Positions 37,294 through 49,200 of a stretch of DNA of 64,000 nt are shown here, piece by piece. A program made the translations under genes and the position numbers. Position 1 is the stretch's first letter, and every line of letters starts with the position of its first letter. The notes below the pieces were generated by a model. The model had not been told where the DNA came from. It saw only the letters and a list, made by a program, of their open reading frames with translations, and did not search any database. This DNA is from Takakia lepidozioides (taxonomy: Eukaryota > Plantae > Bryophyta): contig CM060731.1 of the NCBI GenBank assembly GCA_030704615.1, positions 62,062,001-62,126,000 of the forward strand. The letters run 5' to 3'.

Positions 37294-37734
37294 TCAGCAA
37301 CGAAACACAAATGTGGGTCTTAAAGATTTCACCTTTTTCTTGGCTGCTCCAGAAGACTCCCAAATTTCCGGGGACCCTTTGCGCTTCGGGCTGCTCTCTG
37401 CGCCAAACGTGTACGTGAGCCTCTCCCCCTTCCTCTTTCCCGCAGGCAGACTCCTCGTGAGGCCACCTTCAACATCCTCTTCCATCTCGTCTGTCTCTCC
37501 CTCAGATGCAGTGTCCTCTTCATCTGTTCTTGGAACTATGGCGGGCTGCTGTTCTTCTGCTGATTCTTGCTCCTCCATCGCCACACTTTCCTCTACTCCC
37601 TCTTCTACCTCCTTTTCCTCTTCGTCCACTCTTTCCATCCTCATTCTATCTCTGGCTCTATTCCTGTTTCTAGAGCTCGTGAAGTATAGTGACTTCCTTC
37701 TCTTCCTCCTCCGCTGGAAACAAGGGCTCCCCAC
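37294..37734 (-). CDS. Acidic/basic low-complexity exon, probable first exon of the cargo gene in the outer copy
   Basis: Homologous to 53691-54233; open in both copies. Confidence 0.55.
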   Translation of the reverse strand: MGSPCFQRRRKRRKSLYFTSSRNRNRARDRMRMERVDEEEKEVEEGVEESVAMEEQESAEEQQPAIVPRTDEEDTASEGETDEMEEDVEGGLTRSLPAGKRKGERLTYTFGAESSPKRKGSPEIWESSGAAKKKVKSLRPTFVFRC

Positions 37735-38592
37735 GATGCCTCTAGAGCTCTCCAGTTTGACGTTTATAACAAGTGCTGCTATGGCATGTAACCAAATCGA
37801 AATTGGACGTTGTCAACCATATTTGGATGCGGGTGTTGTGTTATTGTGTGCGAACGGAATTCATCCATTCCGTCGTCTCCGTATTATCCAAGTAATAAAG
37901 CGCTAGAAAAAAGTACATCCGTTGCATGCACTAGCGATATATGTCAGATGTACTGCGCCGCCTGCCAATACCCGCGGCCTTCTTGCTTTCTTTCAAATTC
38001 GGATGTGCCGTAGAAAATCTAATGCTAGTTCATTTTCGAGCAGTTCTTGCAGATCCGCAATAATTGTTATGCTTCACATATGCATCCACGTGTGTTGTAC
38101 TGCCTACCCCGTGGTTTGCATTTTACCGTAACCGTCGCCATGGGGTCATTCGGCATAAAGGGTTCTGTCGGATACGACCATGTCTGGCACGCATTCGTGC
38201 GAGGTATCTTCTGCAGTGTCAGTGTTTGTGTTGTGCTCTTCTGGCACAACACAACCTCATGACATTTGTGGTCTTCATGTTTACTGCTCTCCAGGGTTGT
38301 TGCCGTCTTTTCATAATGGATGGTTTTCATGTCATTTTCAGTGTTTGTTTTCATCCATAAACAACACGGCTTCTTGTAGTATTTGAAAACAGTTTTTCTG
38401 GTTAGTGCCTCTTAGCGTTGCTGTTTTCAAAGTGAAGGTGCATCTCATCCCTACATCCTTTGCATGCATCACCCGCAACCTTTGGGTTGGAGCTACCCTT
38501 GTTGACCTCAGTTTGCTTGTCTTAATTCCCCTTTCGGTGATTGCGGGCTATCAGTTCGAGGATTCCGCAACTTTCGTTCAGTGAGGGAAAAC

Positions 38593-41495
38593 ATGTCGAG
38601 GGAGCGAGATACACTTGCTCGATTCCATTCCAATGCAGGTAGTCTTCCAACCACTGACTGCAGACGACGATGACCAGTTGTTCATGAGGATGAGCTGGTT
38701 ACAGTGTTCCACTGGAGTTGGGTTCTCTCTTGTTTCAAAAAGAGGTGTATGACGAGGATGGGAATTTGGATTCTGGGCACTTGGAGAAACCATTGGTTGG
38801 CAAGTGGTGGAAGGAAGTGGAGAGTCCTTCCAGGCACATACCGTGTCCTTGGAAAAGAGAGAAGACAAATCAGCAGGATCAGTCACCCCCACTGCAGCAT
38901 CGGTCCAACAGAAGGGCACAGTTCCTGTGAGACAAGAGGTGAGCACATCCACTACCTTCGTGACTCTTTCAGAGACTCGTCCTCGGAGGATGTTTCTGAG
39001 ATTCCTCCGCCAGTGCAGACTCCGTCATTGGATGATGACGAATTGCAAGAGATAACGAGTGTCATTCCAAAATTGAAAAGCCCTCGCAGGTGTGCCTAGG
39101 TGCAAGAGCGAGCTACGTTTTGTTGATTGGGAGTCCCTTCGTGTGCAACGGGTTCAATACGTGCCAGCACAGTTTGATGGGGACATCCTATTTGAGCTCA
39201 ATCCTCCCACCTCTTCCACTGGACTGGCTGGGCTTTTGCAGGGCATGGACAAGAAACATGACGGGCATCCTTGGTGCAGGACAAAAACGTCAAACATCCA
39301 TAACGACATTGGCTTGAAATTTCGGAGGTCGGTCTGCGTTGGGCATTGGAAGTGCCAGAATATTTCTTGCCCTCGGCTGAGAAACAGCGCTCAACCAAAC
39401 GAAAGTGAGTGGGAAGGTGTGCCCCTAAATCCTTTCACCCCAGGGCTTGCCCCTCCAGGACCAATACTTTTGTGTGCAGGTTCTGCAAACTTTCCCGTCC
39501 TGTGTTTCTGTGTGCCACGCTCGTATGTATCAGGTGGCACACCGATGCAAGACATGACTCGTGCCTGCATTCATATGGGTGCACACGAGCATCCTGTGTC
39601 CAAAGGAAGTTGCAGGGATAGCATGGACATCGCTAGAAATCTGCTGAAGCAGGAGTTCCACAATGCCCCTTGTGCAACACCTTCTGCTATAGCGCTTGCA
39701 GCTAGCAAGGCATTCCTGGAGAAACACATACTGGGTGAAGGGGATGCGACACAACTTATGCTGGATGCAGATTCGCTTAATGCAGTCATGGACCATTTCT
39801 CCGTGTTGAGCTCTCCCAATATTCGAAACCAGGTGAATGCACTCAGAATGGGCACAAGCACTGCTGGATTCATGGACAACATTATGGACCTGAAACAGAG
39901 GAGTCGCTATGAATTCATTCAAAACAGTATCTTCCCTGGCCAGGGCTCGTCCAAGGTGTATTTTTCAAGATGTCCGCTGTGGGCGAAGGCAGTGGTGTGA
40001 GCATTGTCCGCCGTATGCAACCAGGAGGAGATTTGGCTAAATGTTGGTTAATGTTTGATCACTGCAAACGGGTGAAGGGTTGGACAACCATGGCGTGCCA
40101 TGTGTATGATCCGGCGTACCAGCGTGTGCTCTCCATAGCAATTTGTGATATGCAGTCGGAGGACACTGAATCCCAAATGCTCATGTGGAATTCGCTCTTG
40201 GCCGTCATGCAGCGCAATGGAATACAAAACACAAATTTTGCGGGCTTCATGGCTGATAGTGCACAGGGCAAATTTCAATGCAGTGCGACGCGTGTTTGGT
40301 TTGGGGATCCTAAGGTCCCAATGGAAAATAGGGAGCGCACATGCCTCTTCCATTGGACTCAATCTCTGGCACGTCATACAAAGCGCTGCATTCGCCCTGA
40401 CCTGCAGTTGGAGCACAGAAGGCTCTGTCTCAAGTACAAGAATGCCACCTCAATGGGAGAAGCTGAGAGCACTTACCAGGCAATCCGGGCTTGGTGGTTC
40501 TCCTCTGGTGCTGCAACAGGTACCCACGTAAAGGAGTTGGAGGACTGGTTGGTTTTCTGGCACTTCAGGTACAGACAGTGGGGAGCTTTCATGACGACGG
40601 TAAGCCTCTTCAATCCCAAAAACAGAAATTTTGCATCGTGCCTGTTCATTTGGGGTTCTTCGATTGTCACTTGAAGAACCTCTACCATTTGTTTTCGTTC
40701 CTCACATATCCATGCAATGCCTCCTGCAGGACATGTCCTTGGAGGACTTGGCCGACATGCCATCCTGTAATTTGGCGGAGACTGTTCACAACGCCTGGAT
40801 GCAGCAGTCTACCAAAGCAGGTCGTGACTTGTATGTGGCCACTGCTGATGACATGGTGCGTGCACTTACACAACAAACCAGGTACCGCAATTTTCTGATG
40901 GGACGGGGTGGAGGCAAGGGCCCTGATACGACTTTGTTGATGCTAAGGGTTGCGAGTAGGTCCGGAGTCCCGTCAAAGATGGCCAGAGCTCTAAACAGAT
41001 GCACTAAAGGGTCCCCTCTACAATCCAGGCTCCCCCATTTGGAAGGCGAGGAAAGATTTGGATCATGCAAAAAGAAATTGAACACTCTTCCAGGGTCAGA
41101 TGGAGATTCCCATCGGCCAGACAGGGTCAATTTCTCTCTGTGCCAAAGGTGTCTCCACTGCAGACTGAGTCGTGTGCCCGCCTTCCCAGGTGGGTCCTCC
41201 TCCAGTGGAGCAGGTGCAGAACATACAAGCACAGCAGCGGGAATCCCATTGGAGGAGGTGGTGGCCATGGTGCAGGAATCCGATTGCATTGATAGTGAGT
41301 GGCATATAGAACGCACCCCACCAGGATCTAGAGTGGCTTGCATGGCAATTCGGACCCCCTCATTCAAGAAATGCAAATCAAAGATATGCAAAGGCTCCAG
41401 GGGGACTCCAGATCCAACATTCACAGGGTTGTTCCGACCTTATCATAGTGGGGAGTCAAAGGACCACAAATTTTGGTTCTGTCCAGACGATATGG
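38593..41495 (+). pseudogene. MULE transposase of the outer copy, 5' part
   Basis: Same motifs as 55002-58562; interrupted after WFCPDDM by the inner element. Confidence 0.88.
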
Positions 41496-42280
41496 GGGGG
41501 TGCTATTCCGTGAGCCTGGAGGCGTGAGCCTGTGAGCCCAGGAAAGCGTGAGCCCAGCACAGGCTCACGCCACGTCAGCATGCAAACAGTGCCTATTTCC
41601 GCGGATGTCACCTATTTCCGAGTGGGGTCACCTATTTCCGCGGGTTGATGTGGGGAGAATTGAGAATTGAGAACAAAGTGGTTTGTTTGTTTTTGCAATG
41701 TACTCAAGTCTGTGAGGTCCACAAAACAACAAATATATTGAAGGAACAATCCGGGCAGTCCATGCAACCCCCATCTCCAACAATAGTTTGGAACCATGAA
41801 TGTGAATTCCATGCACACATTGCAAAGAGGACAATAAGGACACACAACCATCCCATTTCAAATTTGTCCCAGAATTAAACCAAAAGAATACTTCATATCA
41901 AGTGTCGCAGTCATCACAATCAATGTCCACCTCCTGTGCTATGTCATCTACAAAGATTCTGGCCCCAACACCACGTGTTCTACGAAGGCCATCGCAAGGT
42001 GGACTCTGAGTGCCATGAACGGACATGCTTGCTGCGAGTGCCTCCGCATAGACAGGTAGCACACAAGACCGAGGAGGACTGAAAACAAGTCCAAATAGGT
42101 GTGATAGCCCAGGAGGGCAAGTGGAAGCACGCGGACTCCTACACATGTCCACAAAATTCCATTTTTAACACAATGATGCAATGCACAAGTCCAACGAAGA
42201 GGATGTCTCCCATTTGCACTTTGCCTCAAGAACAGCGATTCTCGATAATGAAACAACAATGCAAGCATGCACAGGTCAAC

Positions 42281-45200
42281 TTACTCACAGGCAAAGTCGG
42301 AGTCCAGCTCCTTGTCAGAAGTCTCCTCTGTACCAGTATCAGCGGGACGGGGCTTCGGAAGGACCTGAGAAGTGTGTCCACCCAAACCCATCAGGAGGTT
42401 CTTGTAAATCTCAGCATCCCCTTCAATCCCAAAGACATGTCGCGCACTGGCCTTGCAAGCGTGGTACGAAGCACCTGCAGTGGAATAGAATGAAGTAAGC
42501 AGACATTGAAGACACATTCGGAACGGTGGAAAGTGCTGAAAGTGCAAGCTCAATCAAACCTCATGAAATGTGAATGTTGAAGGGACGAACCTGTGCCCAT
42601 CAAATCCAGAACTCTGGCGTCTGTGTAGGTGCAGCACTCCACAATCGTTTGAATGAAAGCCGGGCTCCTCTCCCTCGCCCCTCTCCAAGGAACCCCATTC
42701 CCCCTTCGCAAGCACACGTTGCTGTCGACGTAGTTGTGATGCATGTCATCCGTGGGAGGATCTGTCCTGTCATCTATGAACTTGCCCCGTGAGTGATGGC
42801 AAACTCCGTAATGCCGGCCGGAGTCGTTGGTGGATGCACCCGGACGAGACAAACAGCTTCAAACAGACGAGTCTGCGAACATGACATCCAGAAGGAACTA
42901 AGAACCAAAATAAAATCGGGCCCCTACATATGAGTTTGAGCGACCTACACAACACAATCCCAGAACAAAAAAGAAGAGGAAGAAGAAGGGAAACTCACCA
43001 TCTCTCCCGGACGATCCCCCTTCGTAAGGTACATGCTGTTCACACAATTCCATGTCTTCAGGACTCTCATGCCCGAGGCTTTCAAATAGCTGGCAAGGGC
43101 ACGGCGACACCGAACATCGATGGACTGGATGAGAACCAAAACACCTGCATCGGAAAGGAAGAAGTTGCAAAAGGAAAAAACCCACCGCCAGTAGCGCTCA
43201 TCAAATGCATTCCAACCGGACAAGCACCCGATGGTGGGATATCCGGGACTGCCAACCCATCAGGGATGTCCAAGATGATGAGTTCCGCTGCATATGGCTT
43301 CTCCTTCCCGTTCACCCACGATTTGGTCATTTTAGCCTGCAAACAAAAATACAATGGAATTCTGACAAGTTTATAAACGATCCATGCCCACAGCAGACAA
43401 AGAGAGCAGAAGCCACAGAACCCAAAGAGAACACGCACCGTGCTGAGGAACTCGACAATCCTCTCCCACACTGGTGATGGCTCGCCCTTGTAATCAGATT
43501 TCTTCGACTCCATCATGGCAAGGAACCCGACGTTGGCAATCTCCAACCTGGTTGGACGAATGACCCTCGTGGGATGTTCCACTGCATGGTACGGGTCCTT
43601 GGGATCAACCACCCCTTTGTTTTTTCTCCCGGATCCCCTACCATGCGGTGGAGTCTGCTGGACATGCTCCACAGGGCCAATAGCTGCAACACTTCCCTGC
43701 CTTGTGCCACCTTCCCTCTACCCCTTCCTTCCCCCCACAACACCAGCAACATCTTTTCCCTTTGCCTTTCTTCCTCTACCCGGGGTATCCTGAGCGGGAG
43801 GCTCCTTCTCTGCAAGAGTCCTCAGATTACGCTCATGAATGTCGAGGTCCGCTGCTGCGGCAGTGGCTGCAATACGGTCATTCTCTCTCCTCAAAGACAA
43901 CTCTACAGCTGGGGTCTCTGAAGGAGGGCAATCCAAATACCAACCACAAGAAGAAAGATGGTCCGGACCCCAGTCATGCAAGATCCCAGCAGTGAACATG
44001 GTCTGGTTGCCAGCAGGGACAAGCCAAAGGTCCACGAAATCTGGATGTTTGTCCAAGCAATTCTCTTCCAGGAGAACAAACTTAATGTACCTGCACGAAC
44101 AGACACAGCCTCATTATCCAATGCACATATGTCCCAGCTTTTTCAACACACCAGGAAGACCCCCTTAAACAGTATGCCACACAACACATTGCAACCACAA
44201 CACAAGCAAAGAGTGCAAGGGTGTGCACCTGTAAAGGCATCGTTTCCAGGCTTCCTCTCCTTTTTCCTGCTGGTCAAGCTCATTTGTTCGACTGATGCCA
44301 CCCTCCTTGCTGAACTCTCTAAAGAAACCAGAGTGCCACACTGTGGCTCTCCATTTCCTCATGTATGCTTCGAAGGAGACCTTCGGAGCTGTCATAGTGA
44401 TGCCATAGTCAGCCAGCTGAGTATGCAGAACCGATCGGGCCCTTTCTTCCAACTGCAAAAAATTGAAATGGAAGAATGAACCCAAAAACAGTCACAGCGA
44501 ATGTAAGAGGCAATGGGAAGAGAAGGACAGGAAAAGAGAAAAGAAAGTGAGATACGAGAGGACATCACACCTGGCTCCAGTAAGTGGCCTTGTGAAGCCA
44601 GTTGTCCAGCACATTGTCACTGACAGGAACGACACGCTGGGTCTTCTTCTCCTTCTCTGGCCTTGGGAACATGTGGGTATCCCTAACTGTGGGATCGGAG
44701 TTCCATATCTGCAGCCACTTCACCTTCTGTTCAGAAGACACGACGGCGGTAGACAACCTGTGCAACTTCTCCTGGGCCATCTCCGGCTTGCCTGGCTTGT
44801 TATAATGGTTTTTTATCTCCAGCAGAAACTGCGGCCCGAATGATGGGTCGGCCATTCTCAACTGCTTCACAAAAGCACTCATTATTGTCCTTCTTGTAGC
44901 GTTCATCTCCTTCTGGATGTGACTTTCAACTCCCTTTGCTGTCCTTCTCTCCTCAGGGGTAGAGCTGTAGTATTCCAGTTTGCCACGCTCCCCTGCATCT
45001 GCAATGTCTTGCTGCAAGGGAATGCAAGAGAGTTGCATCAATCCAAGGTCAAGGGAGACAGAGAGAAAACAAACATGTGGAAGCAGGAATATGGAAAGGC
45101 CAGATGAAGGAAGATGTATCTCACCGTGTACATGTACTCCATGAAAGCCTCACGGGTCAACGAGTACCATGTTTCCGAAGTCTTGGAGCTTTCGCATTTC

Positions 45201-46004
45201 TTATACATCTCTGCCGAAAGGATGGTCTTGAAGTTGGTCAAGGGCATCTGCCCGATCCTTTGTATCCTATACAGTGTGTGAACCAGACTCGTTTTGACAT
45301 GCGATGTCTCCGTCCCTCTGCAGAATGATATCTGAATTTCAGAATGTAATTCAAGGACTTCAATCAAGGAAGAACGGAACCAGAAGTGCAACGTGTACAA
45401 TGAGAAACCAACCTGTTCACATCATTCATTGCCGTCAGAAGACCCATCATGTTGTCGTCACAATCAAGCACCATCGATCGAACAGAGTAATGCCACTCTT
45501 CCTCCTGTGAGTGCAGCCTCCCAATGACAGCCATCCATGCAAGCAACCGGTGGTTGCCATCCCAAAACGTGAAACATCTTCCCCGAGAATACCTGGGTGG
45601 AAGGTTTTCTGGAGAGAAGAAGTTCGAAGGATTCGTTCACCTGTCTCCAAATGGGGTCCCAGGAGTCGACGATTGACTCATCAACAAGGAGCTCGTTACC
45701 TCTTGAATCCCTAGTAGAAACGTAAAAGACCGCGGATCCATCCAAATACCCATGAACAAACTCGGCCTCCAGCTTGAGAATGTCTTTGACAAGGGGTGGA
45801 CGAACGACGGGCATGGAAACCAACCTACACAGGGGAATCTTCAACCTCCCACCAGGAGCAAGCATACTTTGAACCACAAGCTGAGAGTTCACCTTTTGAC
45901 CCCCAGCATCTCAGCGGCTTTGCTTTCATAAAACTCATCGTCAACATCATCTTTGGTCTCCTTCCCTGACCTGAGGGACCTCATCCGCCACTTTGCATTT
46001 TCCC
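42281..46004 (-). pseudogene. Multi-exon cargo gene: ParB/Srx-like domain fused to a beta-class N4-cytosine/N6-adenine DNA methyltransferase-like domain (frameshifted in this copy)
   Basis: GT-AG exons with matching phases: 46004-45413, 45317-45125, 45011-44571, 44452-44229, 44090-43439, 43336-42999, 42872-42591, 42474-42281. ParB signature HVWDGNHRLLAW after a 1-nt correction at 45564-45567. MTase motif-IV-like ELIILDIPDG, then FLSDAGVLVLI, WRGARERSPAFIQTIVECCT and, across a splice, RVLDLMGTG|ASYHACKASARHVFGIEGDAEIY (motifs X-I-II). Confidence 0.8.
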
Positions 46005-46239
46005 CTGCAAGGTTGTTCACTCAAATTCTTATAAGAGAGGAATGAAACGTCGACCGATGCATGAAAAAGTGGGATAAAAAGGGAAGTGTTCTTTGAGCTG
46101 CCAGATAAGTGTTCATTGATCCTCACGGACATGCACTATGTTCCCGATTTACAGGGAAAGAACATTGAAAAGTTCTGCTCAAATATCTGCCCATGAGGGC
46201 CGAAAGTTGCGCCCTTCCATATTCATATGTTCTGCCTAC

Positions 46240-49200
46240 ACAGTGTGCGGTTCCGCAGACTGTTTGAGCTGACAGTGAAGGGTTCATTTTATACTCAAAA
46301 ATGTGCCCATGAAGTCCAAATTTTGCACCCAGAAACATTGAAATGCTCAGCTCAAACAGTGTGCGTTGCCGCACACTGTCTGGGCTGGCAGTGAAGGGTT
46401 CATTTCACCCTCACAGGGTGCCCATGAAGTCCAAATTTTGCACCCAGAAACATTGAAATGCTCAGCTCAAACAGTGTGCGTTGCCGCACACTGTCTGAGC
46501 TGGCAGTGAAGGGTTCATTTCACACTCACACAGGTGCCCCTGAAGTCCAAATTTTGCACCAGAAACATTGAAATGCTCAGCTCAAACAGTGTGCGTTGCC
46601 GCACACTGTCTGAGCTGGCAGTGAAGGGTTCATTTCACACTCACACAGGTGCCCCTGAAGTCCAATTTTTGCACCAGAAACATTGAAATGCTCAGCTCAA
46701 ACAGTGTGCGTTGCCGCACACTGTCTGGGCTGGCAGTGAAGGGTTCTTTTCACACTCACACAGGTGCCCCTGAAGTCCAAATATTTCACCCAGAAACATT
46801 GAAATGCTCAGCTCAAACAGTGTGCGTTGCCGCACACTGTCTGAGCTGGCAGTGAAGGGTTCATTTCACACTCACACAGGTGCCCCTGAAGTCCAAATTT
46901 TCACCCAGAAACATTGAAATGCTCAGCTCAAACAGTGTGCGTTGCCGCACACTGTCTGAGCTGGCAGTGAAGGGTTCATTTCACGGTGCCCCTGAAGTCC
47001 AAATTTTGCACCCAGAAACATTGAAATGCTCAGCTCAAACAGTGTGCGTTGCCGCACACTGTCTGGGCTGGCAGTGAAGGGTTCTTTTCACACTCACACA
47101 GGTGCCCCTGAAGTCCAAATATTTCACCCAGAAACATTGAAATGCTCAGCTCAAACAGTGTGCGTTGCCGCACACTGTCTGAGCTGGCAGTGAAGGGTTC
47201 ATTTCACACTCACACAGGTGCCCTGAAGTCCAAATTTTGCACCAGAAACATTGAAATGCTCAGCTCAAACAGTGTGCGTTGCCGCACACTGTCTGGGCTG
47301 GCAGTGAAGGGTTCTTTTCACACTCACACAGGTGCCCCTGAAGTCCAAATTTTCACCCAGAAACATTGAAATGCTCAGCTCAAACAGTGTGCGTTGCCGC
47401 ACACTGTCTGAGCTGGCAGTGAAGGGTTCATTTCACACTCACACAGGTGCCCCTGAAGTCCAAATTTTCACCAGAAACATTGAAATGCTCAGCTCAAACA
47501 GTGTGCGTTGCCGCACACTGTCTGAGCTGGCAGTGAAGGGTTCTTTCACACTCACACACCCCCCAAAATTTCACCCAGAAACATTGAAATGCTCAGCTCA
47601 AACAGTGTGCGTTGCCGCACACTGTCTGAGCTGGCAGTGAAGGGTTCATTTCACACTCACACAGGTGCCCCTGAAGTCCAAATTTTCACCCAGAAACATT
47701 GAAATGCTCAGCTCAAACAGTGTGCGTTGCCGCACACTGTCTGAGCTGGCAGTGAAGGGTTCATTTCACACTCACACAGGTGCCCCTGAAGTCCAAATTT
47801 TGCACCAGAAACATTGAAATGCTCAGCTCAACAGTGTGCGTTGCCGCACACTGTCTGGGCTGGCAGTGAAGGGTTCTTTTCACACTCACACAGGTGCCCC
47901 TGAAGTCCAAATTTTCACCCAGAAACATTGAAATGCTCAGCTCAAACAGTGTGCGTTGCCGCACACTGTCTGAGCTGGCAGTGAAGGGTTCCACACTCAC
48001 ACAGGTGCCCCTGAAGTCCAAATATTTCACCCAGAAACATTGAAATGCTCAGCTCAAACAGTGTGCGTTGCCGCACACTGTCTGAGCTGGCAGTGAAGGG
48101 TTCATTTCACACTCACACAGGTGCCCCTGAAGTCCAAATTTTGCACCAGAAACATTGAAATGCTCAGCTCAAACAGGTGCGTTGCCGCACACTGTCTGAG
48201 CTGGCAGTGAAGGGTTCTTTTCACACTCACACAGGTGCCCCTGAAGTCCAAATTTTACCCAGAAAACATTGAAATGCTCAGCTCAAACAGTGTGCGTTGC
48301 CGCACACTGTCTGAGCTGGCAGTGAAGGGTTCATTTCACACTCACACAGGTGCCCCTGAAGTCCAAATTTTGCACCAGAAACATTGAAATGCTCAGCTCA
48401 AACAGTGTGCGTTGCACACTGTCTGAGCTGGCAGTGAAGGGTTCTTTTCACACTCACACAGGTGCCCCTGAAGTCCAAATTTTCACCCAGAAACATTGAA
48501 ATGCTCAGCTCAAACAGTGTGCGTTGCCGCACACTGTCTGAGCTGGCAGTGAAGGGTTCATTTCACACTCACACAGGTGCCCCTGAAGTCCAAATTTTCA
48601 CCAGAAACATTGAAATGCTCAGCTCAAACAGTGTGCGTTGCCGCACACTGTCTGAGCTGGCAGTGAAGGGTTCTTTTCACACTCACACAGGTGCCCCTGA
48701 AGTCCAAATTTTTCTCCAAACAGTGTGCACAAGCTGGCCAGAAGTGGAAATGCTCAGCTCAAACAGTGTGCGTTGCCGCACACTGTCTGGGCTGGCAGTG
48801 AAGGGTTCTTTTCACACTCACACAGGTTGAAGTCCAAATTTTCACCCAGAAACATTGAAATGCTCAGCTCAAACAGTGTGCGTTGCCGCACACTGTCTGA
48901 GCTGGCAGTGAAGGGTTCATTTCACACTCACACAGGTGCCCCTGAAGTCCAAATTTTTGCACCAGAAACATTGAAATGCTCAGCTCAAACAGTGTGCGTT
49001 GCCGCACACTGTCTGGGCTGGCAGTGAAGGGTTCTTTTCACACTCACACAGGTGCCCCTGAAGTCCAAATATTTGGAAACATTGAAATGCTCAGCTCAAA
49101 CAGTGTGCGTTGCCGCACACTGTCTGAGCTGGCAGTGAAGGTTCATTTCACACTCACACAGGTGCCCCTGAAGTCCAAATTTTCCCAGAAACATTGAAAT

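Noticed and set aside
40786-41424. 212-aa antisense ORF present in both MULE copies (also 57212-57850)
   Set aside because: It is the shadow of the transposase frame in closely related copies and has no recognisable motif.
42281-46004. Bacterial or phage contamination as the source of the ParB-MTase
   Set aside because: The gene is split by phase-compatible GT-AG introns and enclosed in a TSD-bounded eukaryotic transposon.
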